A stretch of DNA of 64,000 nt from Octopus sinensis (taxonomy: Eukaryota), in the NCBI RefSeq assembly GCF_006345805.1, contig NW_021833424.1:1-64000 (forward strand), written 5' to 3'. Below the pieces are notes generated by a model, which was not told the DNA's origin, made no database searches, and was given only the letters and a program-made list of their open reading frames with translations. Below, in pieces: positions 24,840 through 38,507 of the stretch; position 1 is the first letter of the stretch, and each line of letters begins with the position of its first letter. Made by a program: the position numbers and the translations under genes.

Positions 24840-25803
24840 AACCAGGCAGAGGCTCTCATGGCTTCTGATCTTAACCGACTGGAAGTGTTATCATATACAT
24901 TACTCTTTCACTCTTTTACTTGTTTCAGTCATTTGACTGCGGCCATGCTGGAGCATCGCCTTTAGTCGAGCAAATCGACCCCGGGGCTTATTCTTTGTAA
25001 GCCTAGTACTTATTCTATCGGTCACTTTTTTGCCGAATCGCTAAGTGACGGGGACATAAACACACCAGCATCGGTTGTCAAGCAATGCTAGGGGGACAAA
25101 CACAGACATACACACACACATATATATATACATATATACGACAGGCTTCTTTCAGTTTCCGTCTACCAAATCCACTCACAAGGCATTAGTCGGCCCGGGG
25201 CTATAGCAGAAGACACTTGCCAAGATGTCACGCAGTGAGACTGAACCCGGAACCATGTGGTTGGTAAACAAGCTACTTACCACACAGCCACTCCTGCGCC
25301 TAGTTTGTTTAGTTTTGGTATAAAAGATGGGCTACAGGAGATATTCTGCTCAATACCACAGATTTGCTTGTTAGTTGTTTGACCTTAACCAGTTGAGCAT
25401 GGCCCTTGGTGGCTGACGATATGTGCATCTCTGATCACGAGCAGAAGTAGTGGGGGAGCATCATAGCCATGTGTTGAGAGGAACTCTTTGGTGTTTGGAT
25501 AATTCCCCTTTGGAAACATGGGTGTTTCATTCAGAATCCTTAAACAATCCTTATTCAGGGACTTTTTGATCGGGATGGGTTACTCGACCAGAACAAAATT
25601 CTAACTGGCCCCCATCTGCAAGGTCATGTGCTGTTTATCTTGATATAAGATCACCATGTCGTGCACATATGGTTGTGATGCATGTGCCTGGTGTACCCTT
25701 ATCAGACGGGTAGTCATGATGGGTATACTGGGCTTCGTAGATTTTACCCCAGTGTCACTTTGATGGCATGCGCTGCTCTCTCACTCATTAATAATAATAA
25801 TAA
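24840..25803 (+). mobile_element. Family D non-coding element (about 600 bp, (AAT)n tail) split by a SINE B insertion
   Basis: 24840-24900 plus 25302-25803 are colinear with the intact copy at 35020-35616. Confidence 0.85.
24901..25301 (-). mobile_element. SINE family B, full length, nested in family D
   Basis: Matches 21909-22326. Confidence 0.9.
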
Positions 25804-25809
25804 TGACAA

Positions 25810-26585
25810 TATCAATAATAATGAGGAGAACAGCCTGGTTTGGTATGTCAAATGGAGTAAAAAAGAAATGATTGAAGTGAAAATCCAGGGAACCTTAAAA
25901 GTGAACAAAGCCATGGATCCAATACAATTTAAGAAAGACCTGAGTTGATGGAGAAAATTTGGCAGGACAAGAAAATGCATTGTCAGTTCTTGAAGAATTA
26001 AGATGGGGTTGGTTGGAATAGAATCTGGGAATGGCTACATAAAGGAAACTTAAAAGAGCCCATTGAGGCATTAGTGTGCAACGCTCAAGAGCAGGCTCTC
26101 AGAACAAACTACTCCATGACCGACTAAGTAGTTATATCCACTGGACAATATGCTAACAGTGCAACAATAAAAACTAACTAGAAAAGAGATAAACATTTAC
26201 CAAACAAATTACATGAAAGCGACCAGGCGACAACCATCTTTGATATGTCTGTAAAAACTGACAAAAGTAATCACTCAGATATAAAAACAAGATTGGGAAA
26301 AAAAGCACCTGCTTACTGATAGACCCTTCAGTTCTTTCTGGCCAAAATATTACCCAAAAAGCACTGGAGAAATTGTCAAGGTACAAAGACCACAAAATCG
26401 AAGTATTCGAGATGTGGGGCATGAAGGTGAAAACAATACTAATAATAACTGGAGCATCGGGCATGATAAAAAAAAGACATAAGCCAAAGCGTAGAAGATA
26501 TACCTCGACCCTCAACACTATACACTATCCAAGAATAACTCTGCTAGGAACAGCCCACATCCTACGTGAGAAACTATCGATTTAA
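25810..26585 (+). mobile_element. RLE-type retrotransposon 3' region, lacking the CCHC knuckle
   Basis: IWEWLHKGNLK..EALVCNAQEQALRTNY joins directly to HDRLSSYIHW..CLLID..LEKLSRYKDHKIEVFEMWG..LLGTAHILREKLSI*. Confidence 0.8.
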
Positions 26586-26893
26586 TAATACAACCCAAAT
26601 AAAACAAGACACGTTTTATATAGTAAATAACCAATAAAATAAACAACGCCCACAACATGTACGCTACAGGTCAGATACCCAACAGAAGAATACAACTTGC
26701 AATATACACAACACACAATAAAATCATTAATACTTCAAACAAATCCAATAACCAAACAAACTGGTGCAATACGACACCGGGAAGAAATTTCGCTCCGCCA
26801 ACAACAAAGGCAAAACACACAATGCTGGGTTACGCAGCAGAAATTGGCCTGAAACTATCAGATGTCAAATGATATTATTATTATTATTATTAT

Positions 26894-26946
<53 letters not shown>

Positions 26947-26947
26947 C

Positions 26948-27283
26948 CATGAGATAGAGAATAGGAAGCTAGACATAGTCTTAATTGAGAAAGAAAACAA
27001 ACTATGCTGGATCATAGATATAGCATACCCAGCTGACAATAAGGTATGCGATAAGGAAGAAAGAAAAGTCGATAGATATGACAGGTTAGCTTGGGAAGTT
27101 AAGCAGTTGTGGTCAATGATAAAGGTAGCAGTAGTACCAATACTTGTTGGAGCCCTGGAAACAGTGAGTAAAAATATTGAGAAGTACATGGAACAAATAG
27201 GGGCTGCAATAAGGGTAGAGCACTTGCAGAAAACAGCACTGCTTGGAACCGTTTGAACACTCCGGAAGGTGCTAAAAAAATAA
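26948..27283 (+). mobile_element. RLE-type retrotransposon endonuclease (PD-(D/E)xK) fragment
   Basis: HEIENRKLDIVLIEKENKLCWIIDIAYPADNKVCDKEERKVDRYDRLAWEVKQLWS..VVPILVGALETV..LQKTALLGTV; one frame with one internal stop; preceded by (TAG)n. Confidence 0.9.
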
Positions 27284-30102
27284 GAGGTGTTACCTTAATG
27301 GACTGGTAGTGGACTCATAATTCTCTTCAAAGAAACAAGGTTTTTCTCGTATTTCTTCACGCAGTTGCTTGTCCGACTATTTCATGAAACTCGAAGTAGC
27401 TCACGTATAAATGCTGCATTCAATAAGCATATTCATGTATATACATATATACATACACACACACAGTGTTTGTGTATGTGTGGTCTGACAGTCGCATAGT
27501 ATAACAAAAGGCATTTATCATGCTGTGCTTTTGGGACCCGTTGAATTCTTGAACTTCCATGTAGATCTTCCATGAAAAATGGAATAAGCGATACATGTTG
27601 CCTAAAGGAACTAATGCCTTTGCATCGTCTGGCAGTTTAAATGCAACTTTCCTTATGCTTTGGTTCTGTGGAGTGAATGGAAGGTAAACATGAGATGTCT
27701 GAAAGGCCTCCAGGAGTAAAGAACGTTATCAAACGTATGTACAATGAAAACTGTTTAATGCAGGTATTGGAACCTGGTTGCAGAATATGACCAGAGATTC
27801 GGCAGGTGGTCGTCCCAGCTGCTAGAAATAGCAATCAAATTCAACTCAATAACTTACTAAGTGATGTAAAAAAATTACTAATTGATAAATGTGTAGCCTT
27901 AAAATATTCTAAAATAGTATCTTCTTTAGTCTCTGGTTTAAAAATATTCTGGGCTGCCACTGCTGGAACGCTTTTCATCATAGGATTTCTTGGTCACAAC
28001 TGACCAGGTTTAAACTTGTGTAGAAATAGCTGGGGTTGTAGTTGTCCAAGCTCTAGGCCCTTAAAAAAAGAGTAGAGACGGTGAAAGAGAAAAGAGAGAC
28101 GAAAATGCCTCTTCTTTGTTGGCCTGTAAGATTGTGCTTTGCCCTCTTCACTGTAAACTGGAAACTCAAAGTCATTCTACGAAAACTTTTCGATAAATTC
28201 CTATCCACATTCCATCGTCATCAGTTTTCTTCGACTCTCAACTTCAACAATAATATAAACCATAAACCATAGTGGAGCGAAATCAGTAAACATCTCTGTG
28301 GCCACATAATTTGCTAGAAATAGCAACCAAGTTTCTTTGAGATCACAGCCAAACGTATTAAAAAAGAACTCATTCGATAATATGGTTTCAAATGTATAAA
28401 TGAATGAAGATGAAAGCAGTGACGGTCACAGCTGGAACGCTTTTAGATATAAATCAATAATGACTACAATATAAAGCATATCGAATTCATCGATAACAAT
28501 AACAACCAGCGGTAACAATAACAACAACCTCTCCACTCCTAAACATCCGAGATTTCATTTCACTGACCATAGCTAAATGTCGCTCAAACCACAAAATAAG
28601 AAAATTCGAGAACGGAGCAGAGTAAGCGATGTGGTCGCAGAAAGTAGAAATTCCGATGGGGCGGTCGGACATGTGGTAAGCTTCACAGACAACGGGTAGA
28701 CCCGTACGGTCGGCGAGTAACATATCCAAAAGATTAGGAAAATCCACTTGGAAGGCCTTCATGATGGTAAGAAGATGATTCAGTTAAGTAACTTAGGTCA
28801 GGGGAGAAAGAATGGCGCAATCAAAACTGAATTGGAAGCGCATTGTGATAAGCGGTGTATAATAGCATCTGATTGTCTGGTAGATACTGTGAAGCTGTGA
28901 TGAAGGATTTATTGGAATTTGTACTTTCTGAAATATCGAGATGGCCACGATTGGAATATGTCTGATCTTATCTGTATTTGGTTCATCAGAGCCGACTCGG
29001 AACTTATCAACAACAACAATAACAACAACAACGATAACAAGAAAAAAAAGAATATCTTCTTTTGCCCCAGGGACTCAACAATAATCTAGGATTATGTGGA
29101 ATATATTTGGTGAGTCGTGTTTATTTTGTTTCGAGAGATTGACTGTGGCGTGTACATGTTATTTCAGTGTTCTATATACGTGTGGCGCATATCTCTCTCA
29201 TCTTTCTTTCCTCCTCCTCCCCTTCTCTCTCTTTATATATGCATATATATATATAATATTATTATATATATATAATTATATATATATATATATAATTATA
29301 TATATATATATATAATTATATAATAATATATATACACATATACATACGCAATACATATATAAGTATATTTGTATATATGTATGTACGCATGTACGTATAT
29401 ATATATATATATATATATATAATACATATACAGGCAGATAGATAGATACACACAAATTACACACAAACACAAACGTAAACATATATTTTCTTGGTAGAAA
29501 TGAAATTGTCAATCTTTGTCCGTTCTTTATTTATCTACAACTTCTCGCACTGGATTTCCCGCTCTCCCTCTCCCTCTCTCCCACTCTCTCTCTCTCTCTC
29601 TTCCTTCTTTTCACTCCCCACTCCTTATCTGTATATGTCTCTTTTTTTCTCTCCTCTCTCTCCCCCCTCTCTCTCTCTCTCGCACTCTTTCGCCTCCTCT
29701 ACGCCAGAGTACGTTGTAAAAAGTGTTGTCTTTCATTATTATTGTTTCCAGTTCAGTTCTACGTCTCAATGTCAACCATGTTGCTAGATTTCGGGTGTCA
29801 TTCTTCGGTTCTTAGAAAAACACACGCTTCACTTACGCCTTTCAGCCCAACACACACAAACAAACACACACACGTACCAAACATTCCCCAACACTCACAT
29901 TCACACATTTATCAATACTCTCATACAAGTAATATACATACAAATGATATATACACAAGACGGGCTTCTTTCAGTTTCCCTTTCTACCAAATTCACTCAC
30001 AGGGATTTGGACGGCCCGAGATTATAGCAGAAAGCACTTACTCGCCTTGTGCTTGAATGAGTCGTGGGTGGCGACCCAGTCAATATATATATATATAGAT
30101 AT

Positions 30103-30337
30103 AAGGCGGTAAGCTGGCAGAACCGTTAGCATGCCGGGCGAAGTGCGTAGCCGTATTTCGTCCGCCGTTACGTTCTGAGTTCAAATTCCGCCGAGGTCGA
30201 CTTTGCCTTTCATCCTTTCGGGGTCGATAAATTAAGTACTAGTTACGCACTGGGGTAGATATAATCGACTTAATCCGTTTGTCTGTCCTTGTTTGTCCTC
30301 TCTGTGTTTATCCCTTTGTGGGCAGTAAAGAAATAAA
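30103..30337 (+). mobile_element. SINE family A monomer
   Basis: A box tggcagaaccgttagc, B box gagttcaaattcc, body cctttcatcctttcggggtcgataaa. Confidence 0.9.
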
Positions 30338-30945
30338 TATATATAGATTTTCCTACAGGAATCAATGGCTGATTCCGCAAAATGGTAAATGGGAAAATTA
30401 AAAAATATTTAAGGTGGGGCGATGCAATTAGAAACCAAGAATAAAATAATTCACCATCACAAAACAGTGACAAAGGATGTTTTTTTCTGTGGCTAAAGAT
30501 ACTTTTGACTCATTTCTAGCAATGCTGCTGCCCCTCCATCCTTCGTCACTGTTTAGTGACGGTGAATTTATATACATAGGTAATCTGGGAGGGAAAATAC
30601 GAATTCATTCGTCGATATAGATATGGATGTGCTGACTATCTTCTGTTATTTCCCGATGGCGCTGGATCGGGATGCAAAGAGTAGGTTCATAGCATTTTCA
30701 AATTTATAAATTATCGAATTATTGTGTGGATGACAGGAATGAACTTGTATAATTCTAACGCGTCCACACTCAATCGAAGACTGTTTGATTTCGTTTTTAT
30801 TCTTCTTGTTGCCTATGTGAGTTACAAATATTGTTATCTGTGGAGTAATATCTGTAGTAAAAAGGAATAAGCTGTCTTTGGCTACTATTTCTAAAGTTTC
30901 GGTAAGTGGTTAAGCACTTGTTGCTTAATCGTTAATTATATATAT

Positions 30946-30998
<53 letters not shown>

Positions 30999-31012
30999 TA
31001 TATTATATTATA

Positions 31013-31207
31013 TTAGAGATAAAACCACTATTAGGCAAATCAAACAATGAAAAACATAAGCCAATACATCGTAGTGTTTTACACTTTATCTTTTATTAAA
31101 CTTTTAATACTTTTGATATATATTTAAAATAATATAAAATAATTAATTTTATGTATTTGCTTATGTTTTTCATTGTTTGATTTGCCTAATAGTGGTTTTA
31201 TCTCTAA
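31013..31207. repeat. Fold-back element with 57-bp arms next to (TA)n
   Basis: 31013-31069 and 31151-31207 are reverse complements with one mismatch. Confidence 0.9.
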
Positions 31208-31707
31208 TTTAATATAATATAATATTTTATCATAAAATTGGATTTAATCCTAAATCTGATTTTTCCCTGAAAGTTTGGATTTATTCCCTAATATTTTATT
31301 ATTAATTTATATATATGTATATATGACCTTTTTCCTTTCCTTTCCTTCCCTTATTCCTTTTCTTCCTGCATTTTGATTCCCAACTACACCCAATCTATGC
31401 TTATTTTGTGCCTCACCTTGGGCTAAAAAGTCCAATTGTCTTCTAAACTTACTTCTCATATTTTTATAGGTGTTTTCTTCATTTTTTTTTCTCAAATTTT
31501 TTTTCTTCATTCATTCTCTGAAATCCTATCCATTTGGACTCACTATTGTATTGTGGCTGACTTGGGAATTCCGCGTGGCAATATAAATTCCACTGAGGTA
31601 ATTCCAGCCTGTTGACTAGCTACTCTGAACAGATTTCTTTGCGTAACAATCGCATAATGAGCTTTAGCCAGTTAAAAAGTATGGGTAGCTTACATTTAAC
31701 CAATTCC

Positions 31708-31766
<59 letters not shown>

Positions 31767-31881
31767 GTTAATAGTAATGGTAAGAACTCTAAAGAATGAA
31801 TGAGACCTGATATTATGTAAATAGAGTAATTTATCTGTAATATATGTCCGAATAATTGTCACATATTATATTATATTATAT

Positions 31882-32207
<326 letters not shown>

Positions 32208-32724
32208 CCTTGCTTTAATGACTAGAAGGAAGTGGCACTCAGAAACATTTCAATAATTTCACTATAGCCGCAGGTATAACTGTGTGGTTTTGTGTTCGAA
32301 TCCCAGCAAACGCTCATTCTTAATAACAAACATACGAATGGATTTTCAACTCTGTGTCAATTTTATTTTTTTTGCTGAAAATCTTTATGAATCTGATAGA
32401 TATACAGGGCCGGATTTATAGGGTGGTGGAGGGGGTAATTGCCCCGGGCTTTCGCTCGACATTGGAGAAGGATCCCGGCAACTACTCAATACAGGGAGGC
32501 CCACCTCACAGCAATCAGTCATGAAGTGGCTCTCTTTCAGTATGGAAAGGTATCTTAATTTCTTAAAAAATGTTAGAGATTCTGTTTTATTATAAACAAT
32601 CATAGATATTGCTACCTTAGAGACACCAATTAATTCAATTAAAAAAAGACAGTCCCAATACAGCTACAATTCCCTTGGGGTCTCAAAGATGGAAAAATCT
32701 ATAGTCATTTATGATAAAAGGGTA

Positions 32725-33065
32725 TGAACATGGCTTAGTGGTTAGAGAGTCAGGCTTACACTTGAGAAGTTGTAAATTTGATTCCCGGCCCGAGATGTAT
32801 GTTGTGTTCTTGAGTGAAACATTTTATTTCACGTTTCTCCAGTTCACTTAGCTGTAGAAATGAGTCGTGACGTCACTGGTGTCAAGTTGTATCGGCCTTT
32901 GCTTTTCCCTTGGATAAAATCAGTGGCGTGGAGAAGAGGAGGCTGGTATGCATTGGCAACTGCTGGTCTTCCATAAACCACCTTGCCCGGCCTTGTGGCT
33001 CGGAGGGGAACTTTCTAGGTGCAATCCCATTGTCATTCATGACCTAAGGGGTCTTTCCCCCTTAC
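32725..33065 (+). mobile_element. SINE with C-type head and middle but a different 3' half
   Basis: atggcttagtggttagag..gtgttcttgagtgaaacatttta..ccagttcacttagctg, then a 3' region unlike 11045-11200. Confidence 0.65.
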
Positions 33066-33543
33066 CCTATAACACAACCGAGAGAGCTACTAATAGTTTC
33101 ATGCTTTTATGATACTTGGTGTCTTCCAGTTCGTTAAAAAAGAAACCTGTCCTTGTGTTTACACCTGTTAAAAATTTCAGATCTGGCATTTAGCAATGAG
33201 TTAGAATTGCTAGATCTACGAAGAATACGAGATCTTTCTGCTACCCCGGATTGAGTTGCTATCCTACAGACTTTGACATATTTTCTGTTATTTCATTCTA
33301 TACCAGTTGTATTTAATGTACTTTCTGCAATCAGGGACGCCGAGGATCTTAGTTTTCCTGATTTCATTTCTTTTTTCTAGTTACATAATTTCAGCGTCCT
33401 TGTGGGTTTTTTAAAAATATATCTAACCATTAAACAGAGCCTGTAAGATCGCTTAAAGATACATGGTGCATTTTATAAATATGCCTGTTTATGTATTATA
33501 AAAAAAGGAAACTGGTAACAGGTCTCTCTGTTGTGTATTAAAT

Positions 33544-33655
<112 letters not shown>

Positions 33656-34225
33656 ACATATACATAATGTATATATGTATGTATGTATAACCTGAACTCA
33701 ATATTTTTTTAATAGAATACATATGAACTTTTACGGGGAAAAGGCTCATATTGTCCTTCGAAGTTTCGCCTTACTCGCCTTCGTCAAACTATTCCTCTCA
33801 ATATCATGTATGCGGTTCCATATTCAATACTATGTATACGTTTCCATAGCTTCTTCGACGACCGAGCAAATGTTATTCCATACCTCGACTAGGCTTACAT
33901 GTAATTGTTCTTTTGGGTGAATGACAAGAATACCTGTTCTTTCGAGTTTTTTCTTTTTTTTGTGACATTGTTGTACCTACAATTGAACACCTCAAACTCT
34001 CACCAGAATAGAGAGTCTGTGGGGACATAATCCTGCTCTGTCAAAATAACGGAAAATAAAGGCATCGCTGCTCTTTGGGGCTTTGATTAGTTAAGTTGCT
34101 GCAGTTAATGAGACCAACAGACCAGACATTGTGGTGAAGGATCATCTTCACGAAACAAATTCAGCAAACAACACCTCGGTGAAAACAATTGATAAGTTAA
34201 ATAAATGCAAGAACTTTACAATAGA

Positions 34226-34361
<136 letters not shown>

Positions 34362-34384
34362 CGTGTGTGTGTGTGTGTGTGTTG

Positions 34385-34552
34385 GACCTCTAAATTCAAC
34401 ACGTCTTTTTCATTCTCTCTCTATTTATTTTCTCTTGTTCCTTTCTGTCGAAGAGCGTAGGCTCGAAACGTAAAAGACTTCTCCATTTTCCCCGAGCGTC
34501 AAACTAATACACTGTTTGTTGTTCCAACACCTGCCTTCATATTTGTTTTCTA
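34385..34552 (+). mobile_element. Family H element with hammerhead-like motif at 34441-34476
   Basis: CTTT-CTGTCGA-A-GAGC-GTAG-GCTC-GAAAC-GTA|AAAG. Confidence 0.7.
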
Positions 34553-34554
34553 TG

Positions 34555-34585
<31 letters not shown>

Positions 34586-35019
34586 ATATAATATAATATA
34601 ATATAATATAATATAATATAATATGTGACGCCAAAGAGCAACAGCTGTACTTGTGATCAGTGGAGCTTTAATATCAAATGCTGTTCTTAAATTCTGTGAT
34701 CAAATACCAGGAAACCTCATAGTATGGAAATTACAAAGATATTGTTCCCATAGGCGCAGCCCACATTCTAAGAATTTGAATCTTGTCAAATTTTTCAAAA
34801 TTCCAAATAATACAACAACCTTTTAAGAGATAATTCTTTAAATTCCGTCTCCTTTCCCAGGAATACATCATTGTTACTCATAAATAACACCCACAGTAAA
34901 ATGTTCCACTTGCTTTTTCTTTAAGTTCCTGAGTTAGACTTGGGACAACTCTTATAAAACAAAACAACACTAACAACGGGAAAATAATAACAATAATAAT
35001 AATAATAACGACAATAACA

Positions 35020-35585
35020 GGCAGTGGCTATGCCCTGATGCAGTACCAGGCAGAGGTTCTCATGTCTTCTGATCTTAACTGATTGGAAGTGTTATCATGT
35101 ACATTGTTTTGTCTTGGTATAAAAGATGGGCTACAGCAAATATTCTGCTCAATACCACAGATTTGCTTGTCAGTTGTTTGACCTTAACCAGTTGAGCATG
35201 TCCCTTAGTGGCTGACAATACGTGCATCTTTGATCACGAGCAGAAGTAGTGGGGGAGCATCATAGCCATGTGTTGAGAGGGATTCTTTGGGGTTTGGATA
35301 ATTCACCTCTGGAAACATGGGTGTTTCGTTCAACATCCTTAAACAACCCTTATTCAGGGACCTTTCGAGTGGGATGGGTTACTCGACCTGAAGAAAATTC
35401 TAACTGGTCCCCATCTGCAAGGTCATGTGCTGTTTATCTTGATATGATATTACCATGTCGCACACATATGGTTGTGATGCATGTGCCTAGTGTACCCTTA
35501 TCAGACGGGTAGTCATGATGGGTATATTGGGCTTCGTATATTTTACCCCAGTGTCACTTTGATGGCATGCACTGCTCTCTCACTC

Positions 35586-35616
<31 letters not shown>
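35020..35616 (+). mobile_element. Family D element, intact, with (AAT)n-type repeats on both sides
   Basis: High similarity to the split copy at 24840-25803; no credible ORF. Confidence 0.8.
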
Positions 35617-35619
35617 TTA

Positions 35620-36214
35620 ATCTTTTACTCTTTACTCTTTTACTTGTTTCAGTCATTTGACTGCGGCCATGCTGGAGCACCGCCCTCTGTCGAGCAAATC
35701 GACCCCGGGACTTATTCTTTGTAAGCCCAGTACTTATTCTATCGGTCTCTTTTGCCGGACCGCTAAGTGACGGGGACGTAAACACACCAGCATCGGTTGT
35801 CAAGCAATGCCAGGGGGGTAAACACACACACACAAACATACACACACATATATATACATATATATATATATACATATATACAACTGGCTTCTTTCAGTTT
35901 CCGTCAACCAAATCCACTCACAAGGCATTGGTCGGCCCGGGGCTATAGCAGAAGACACTTGCCCAAGATGCCACGCAGTGGAACTGAACACGGAACCATG
36001 TGGTTGGTAAGCAAGCTACTTACCACACAGCCACTCATGTATATATATATATACATATACGACAGGCTTCTTTCAGTTTCCGTCTACCAAATCCACTCAC
36101 AAGGCATTGGTCGGCCCGGGGCTATAACAGAAGACACTTGCCCAAGATGCCACGCAATGGGACTGAACACGGAGCCATGTGGTTGGTTAGCAAGCTACTT
36201 ACCACACAGCCACT
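35620..36214 (-). mobile_element. SINE family B with duplicated 5' module
   Basis: One 3' half (35620-35830) and two 5' halves (35885-36037 and 36060-36214). Confidence 0.85.
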
Positions 36215-36240
36215 ACATAATAATAATAATAATAATAATG

Positions 36241-36276
<36 letters not shown>

Positions 36277-36917
36277 GTGAGAAGGATAACGGTAGTAATA
36301 ATTAAGCAATGGCGCATTGTAAACAAGACAATGAGGTTTTCTTTTAGCGCCAGAACGTGTGAATAAATCAAGTGAGATATTATTTCTATGATAGACTGTG
36401 TCATAAATCTTTCTTCGCTGAACTAACATTACAATAACAATAACAACAACAATAACAACCATAATAACACCGACAATAACAACAACAACGACAACGACAC
36501 ATCGTCGATGCAAACGACTTTGAACACAACAGTCAGTAACTTCAAGAACTGAAGCGACGATAGCGATAACTCAACGACGACCGGGGGCGGTGGGGAGACA
36601 GCTACATCGACAACAACAACAACAACAAAAATGAAGAAACTGTGACTGATGATGATGATGATGATGATAAGGACGCTCGTGATGATTATGAAGACAACGA
36701 AGAGAATGATGGTTTTTGTCTATGGTGGTGGTGGTGGTTTCGGGGATGACGACGACGGCGACGATGACAATGACCATGGTGAGGTGAAAGTAATGACGAG
36801 GCAGCTGCTGTTGATGACGGTGGCGATGACAACGACGCTGACGACGACGTTGGTTACCATGGTGACAATGATGAAAATGGCGATTGTTATTATCATTATT
36901 ATTATTATTATTAGTAT

Positions 36918-36949
<32 letters not shown>

Positions 36950-36957
36950 TTTTATTT

Positions 36958-37190
36958 GAGGCGGCGAGCTGGCAGAATCGTTAGCACGCCGGGCGAAATG
37001 CGTAACGGTATTTCGTCTGCCGCTACGTTCTGAGTTCAAATTCCGCCAAGGTCGACTTTGCTTTTCTTCCTTTCAGGTTCGATTAAATAAGTACCAGTTA
37101 CGCACTGGGGTCGATATAATCGACTTAATCCGTTTGTCTGTCATTGTTTGTCCCCTCTGTGTTTAGCCCCTTGTGGGTAGTAAAGAAATA
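36958..37190 (+). mobile_element. SINE family A monomer
   Basis: Full head and body ending gtagtaaagaaata. Confidence 0.9.
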
Positions 37191-37274
37191 AGATTGAAGA
37201 ATGACACCCTTCTCTTCAGTCAAGCTCTCATCAAATTTTTCAAGTTCTACTTAGAAAGGAAAGTAACGGTGGAG

Positions 37275-37580
37275 GGGTTACGAATGTTCCAGCTGATCCG
37301 ATCAACAGAACAGCCTGCTCGTGAAATTAACATGCAAGTGGCTGAGTGCTCCACAGATACGCGTGCCCTTAACGTAGTTCTCATGAAGGTTCAACGTGAC
37401 AAAGAATATGACAAGGTCGACACTTTCAAATACAGGTTCGACTCATTTTTGCCAGCTGAGTGGACTGGAGGAACGTGAAATAAAATATTTTGCTCAAGGA
37501 TACATAGCGATGCTGGGAATCGAACTCTTGGTCTTACGACCGCGAGCCGAATACCTAAACCACTAAGCCATGAACCTTCA
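37275..37580 (-). mobile_element. SINE family C
   Basis: Matches 11045-11353. Confidence 0.8.
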
Positions 37581-37792
37581 CATACAATAAGCATATGCTT
37601 CAGAATAAAAAAAAGTGTTAGTCGAGTACAGAGCGTAATAAGAGACTGTGAGTGACTAGGAAACAAGAAATTCTGGAATGGACTTCATTACATTACTAAT
37701 GAGGAATCTGTAATTAGTATTTTGTACTTCATAATTACAAACAAAAAAAAAGAGAATTTAAAAATTCTGCATTTACAGACATAAATATTCCT

Positions 37793-38207
37793 AGGCTCGG
37801 AGTGGCTGTGAGGTAAAAGGTTTGCATACAAACCACATGGTTCTGGGTTCAGTCCCACTGCGTGGCATCTTGCGCAGTTGTGTTGTACTATAGCTTCGGG
37901 CCGACTAAATCCTTGTGACTAGATTCGGTAGACGGAAATATATGTCTATATATATATATATTTATATTTATATTTATTTATTTATTTATGTGTGCTTTTG
38001 TGCCTGTGTTTGTCCCAAACACACACACCATCACTTCACAACCGATGTTGATATGTTTATCTCACTGAAACTTAGCGGTTCAGTCAAAGAGACCGATGGG
38101 ATACTAGGCTTACAAAGAATAAGTCCTGGGGTCAATTTGTTCGACTTATGGTGCTGCTCCAGCATGGCTGCCGTCCAATGACTGAAACTAGTAAAAGCGT
38201 AAAAGAG
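37793..38207 (+). mobile_element. SINE family B, diverged
   Basis: Head ggagtggctgtgaggtaa, tail gctccagcatggctgccgtccaatgactgaaac. Confidence 0.8.
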
Positions 38208-38241
38208 TGTATCTGTTTATACAGAAAAATACATAAATAAT

Positions 38242-38507
38242 GTTCTGTTGCGTCTGGAAAGAGTCATTTTCTCTTTGTGCCTTAAAATCTAACACACTCA
38301 CCGGTAAAATTTCCACATTTCTTTTTTATATAAAAAGTATAAAAAATAAGAAAATTAAAAATTAAAAAATAAAGAAAGAAAAAAGAAATAAAATAAAAAG
38401 AAATAAAAAATTTAAAATAAAAGAAGAAATAAGTGGAAATTTAACCGGTGAGTGTGTTAAATAATAAGGCACTAAAAGAGAATGACTCTCCCCAAACACA
38501 ACAGAAC
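38242..38507. mobile_element. MITE-like fold-back element with TIRs of about 75 bp
   Basis: 38242-38316 and 38433-38507 are imperfect inverted repeats around an A-rich spacer. Confidence 0.75.

Noticed and set aside
27570-28460. Short ORFs that might be exons
   Set aside because: They contain repeated gctagaaatagc and gctggaacgctttt words, indicating decayed copies of a dispersed repeat; no recognisable protein.
28480-28800. Locally GC/CpG-richer segment with GTAAG donor-like sites and an ACGGGT/ACCCGT hairpin
   Set aside because: No acceptor, convincing ORF or homology; insufficient to call a first exon.
32404-32700. hAT-like TIR start CAGGGCCGGATTTA; a similar weak pair lies at 17594-17960
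   Set aside because: No clear matching second TIR or TSD.
33755-33870. Two hammerhead-like strings on the minus strand (TTGACGA..GAAACTTCGAAGG and TCGAAGA..GAAACGTA)
   Set aside because: Core, stem II and cleavage triplet or stem I are each broken; at most decayed remnants.
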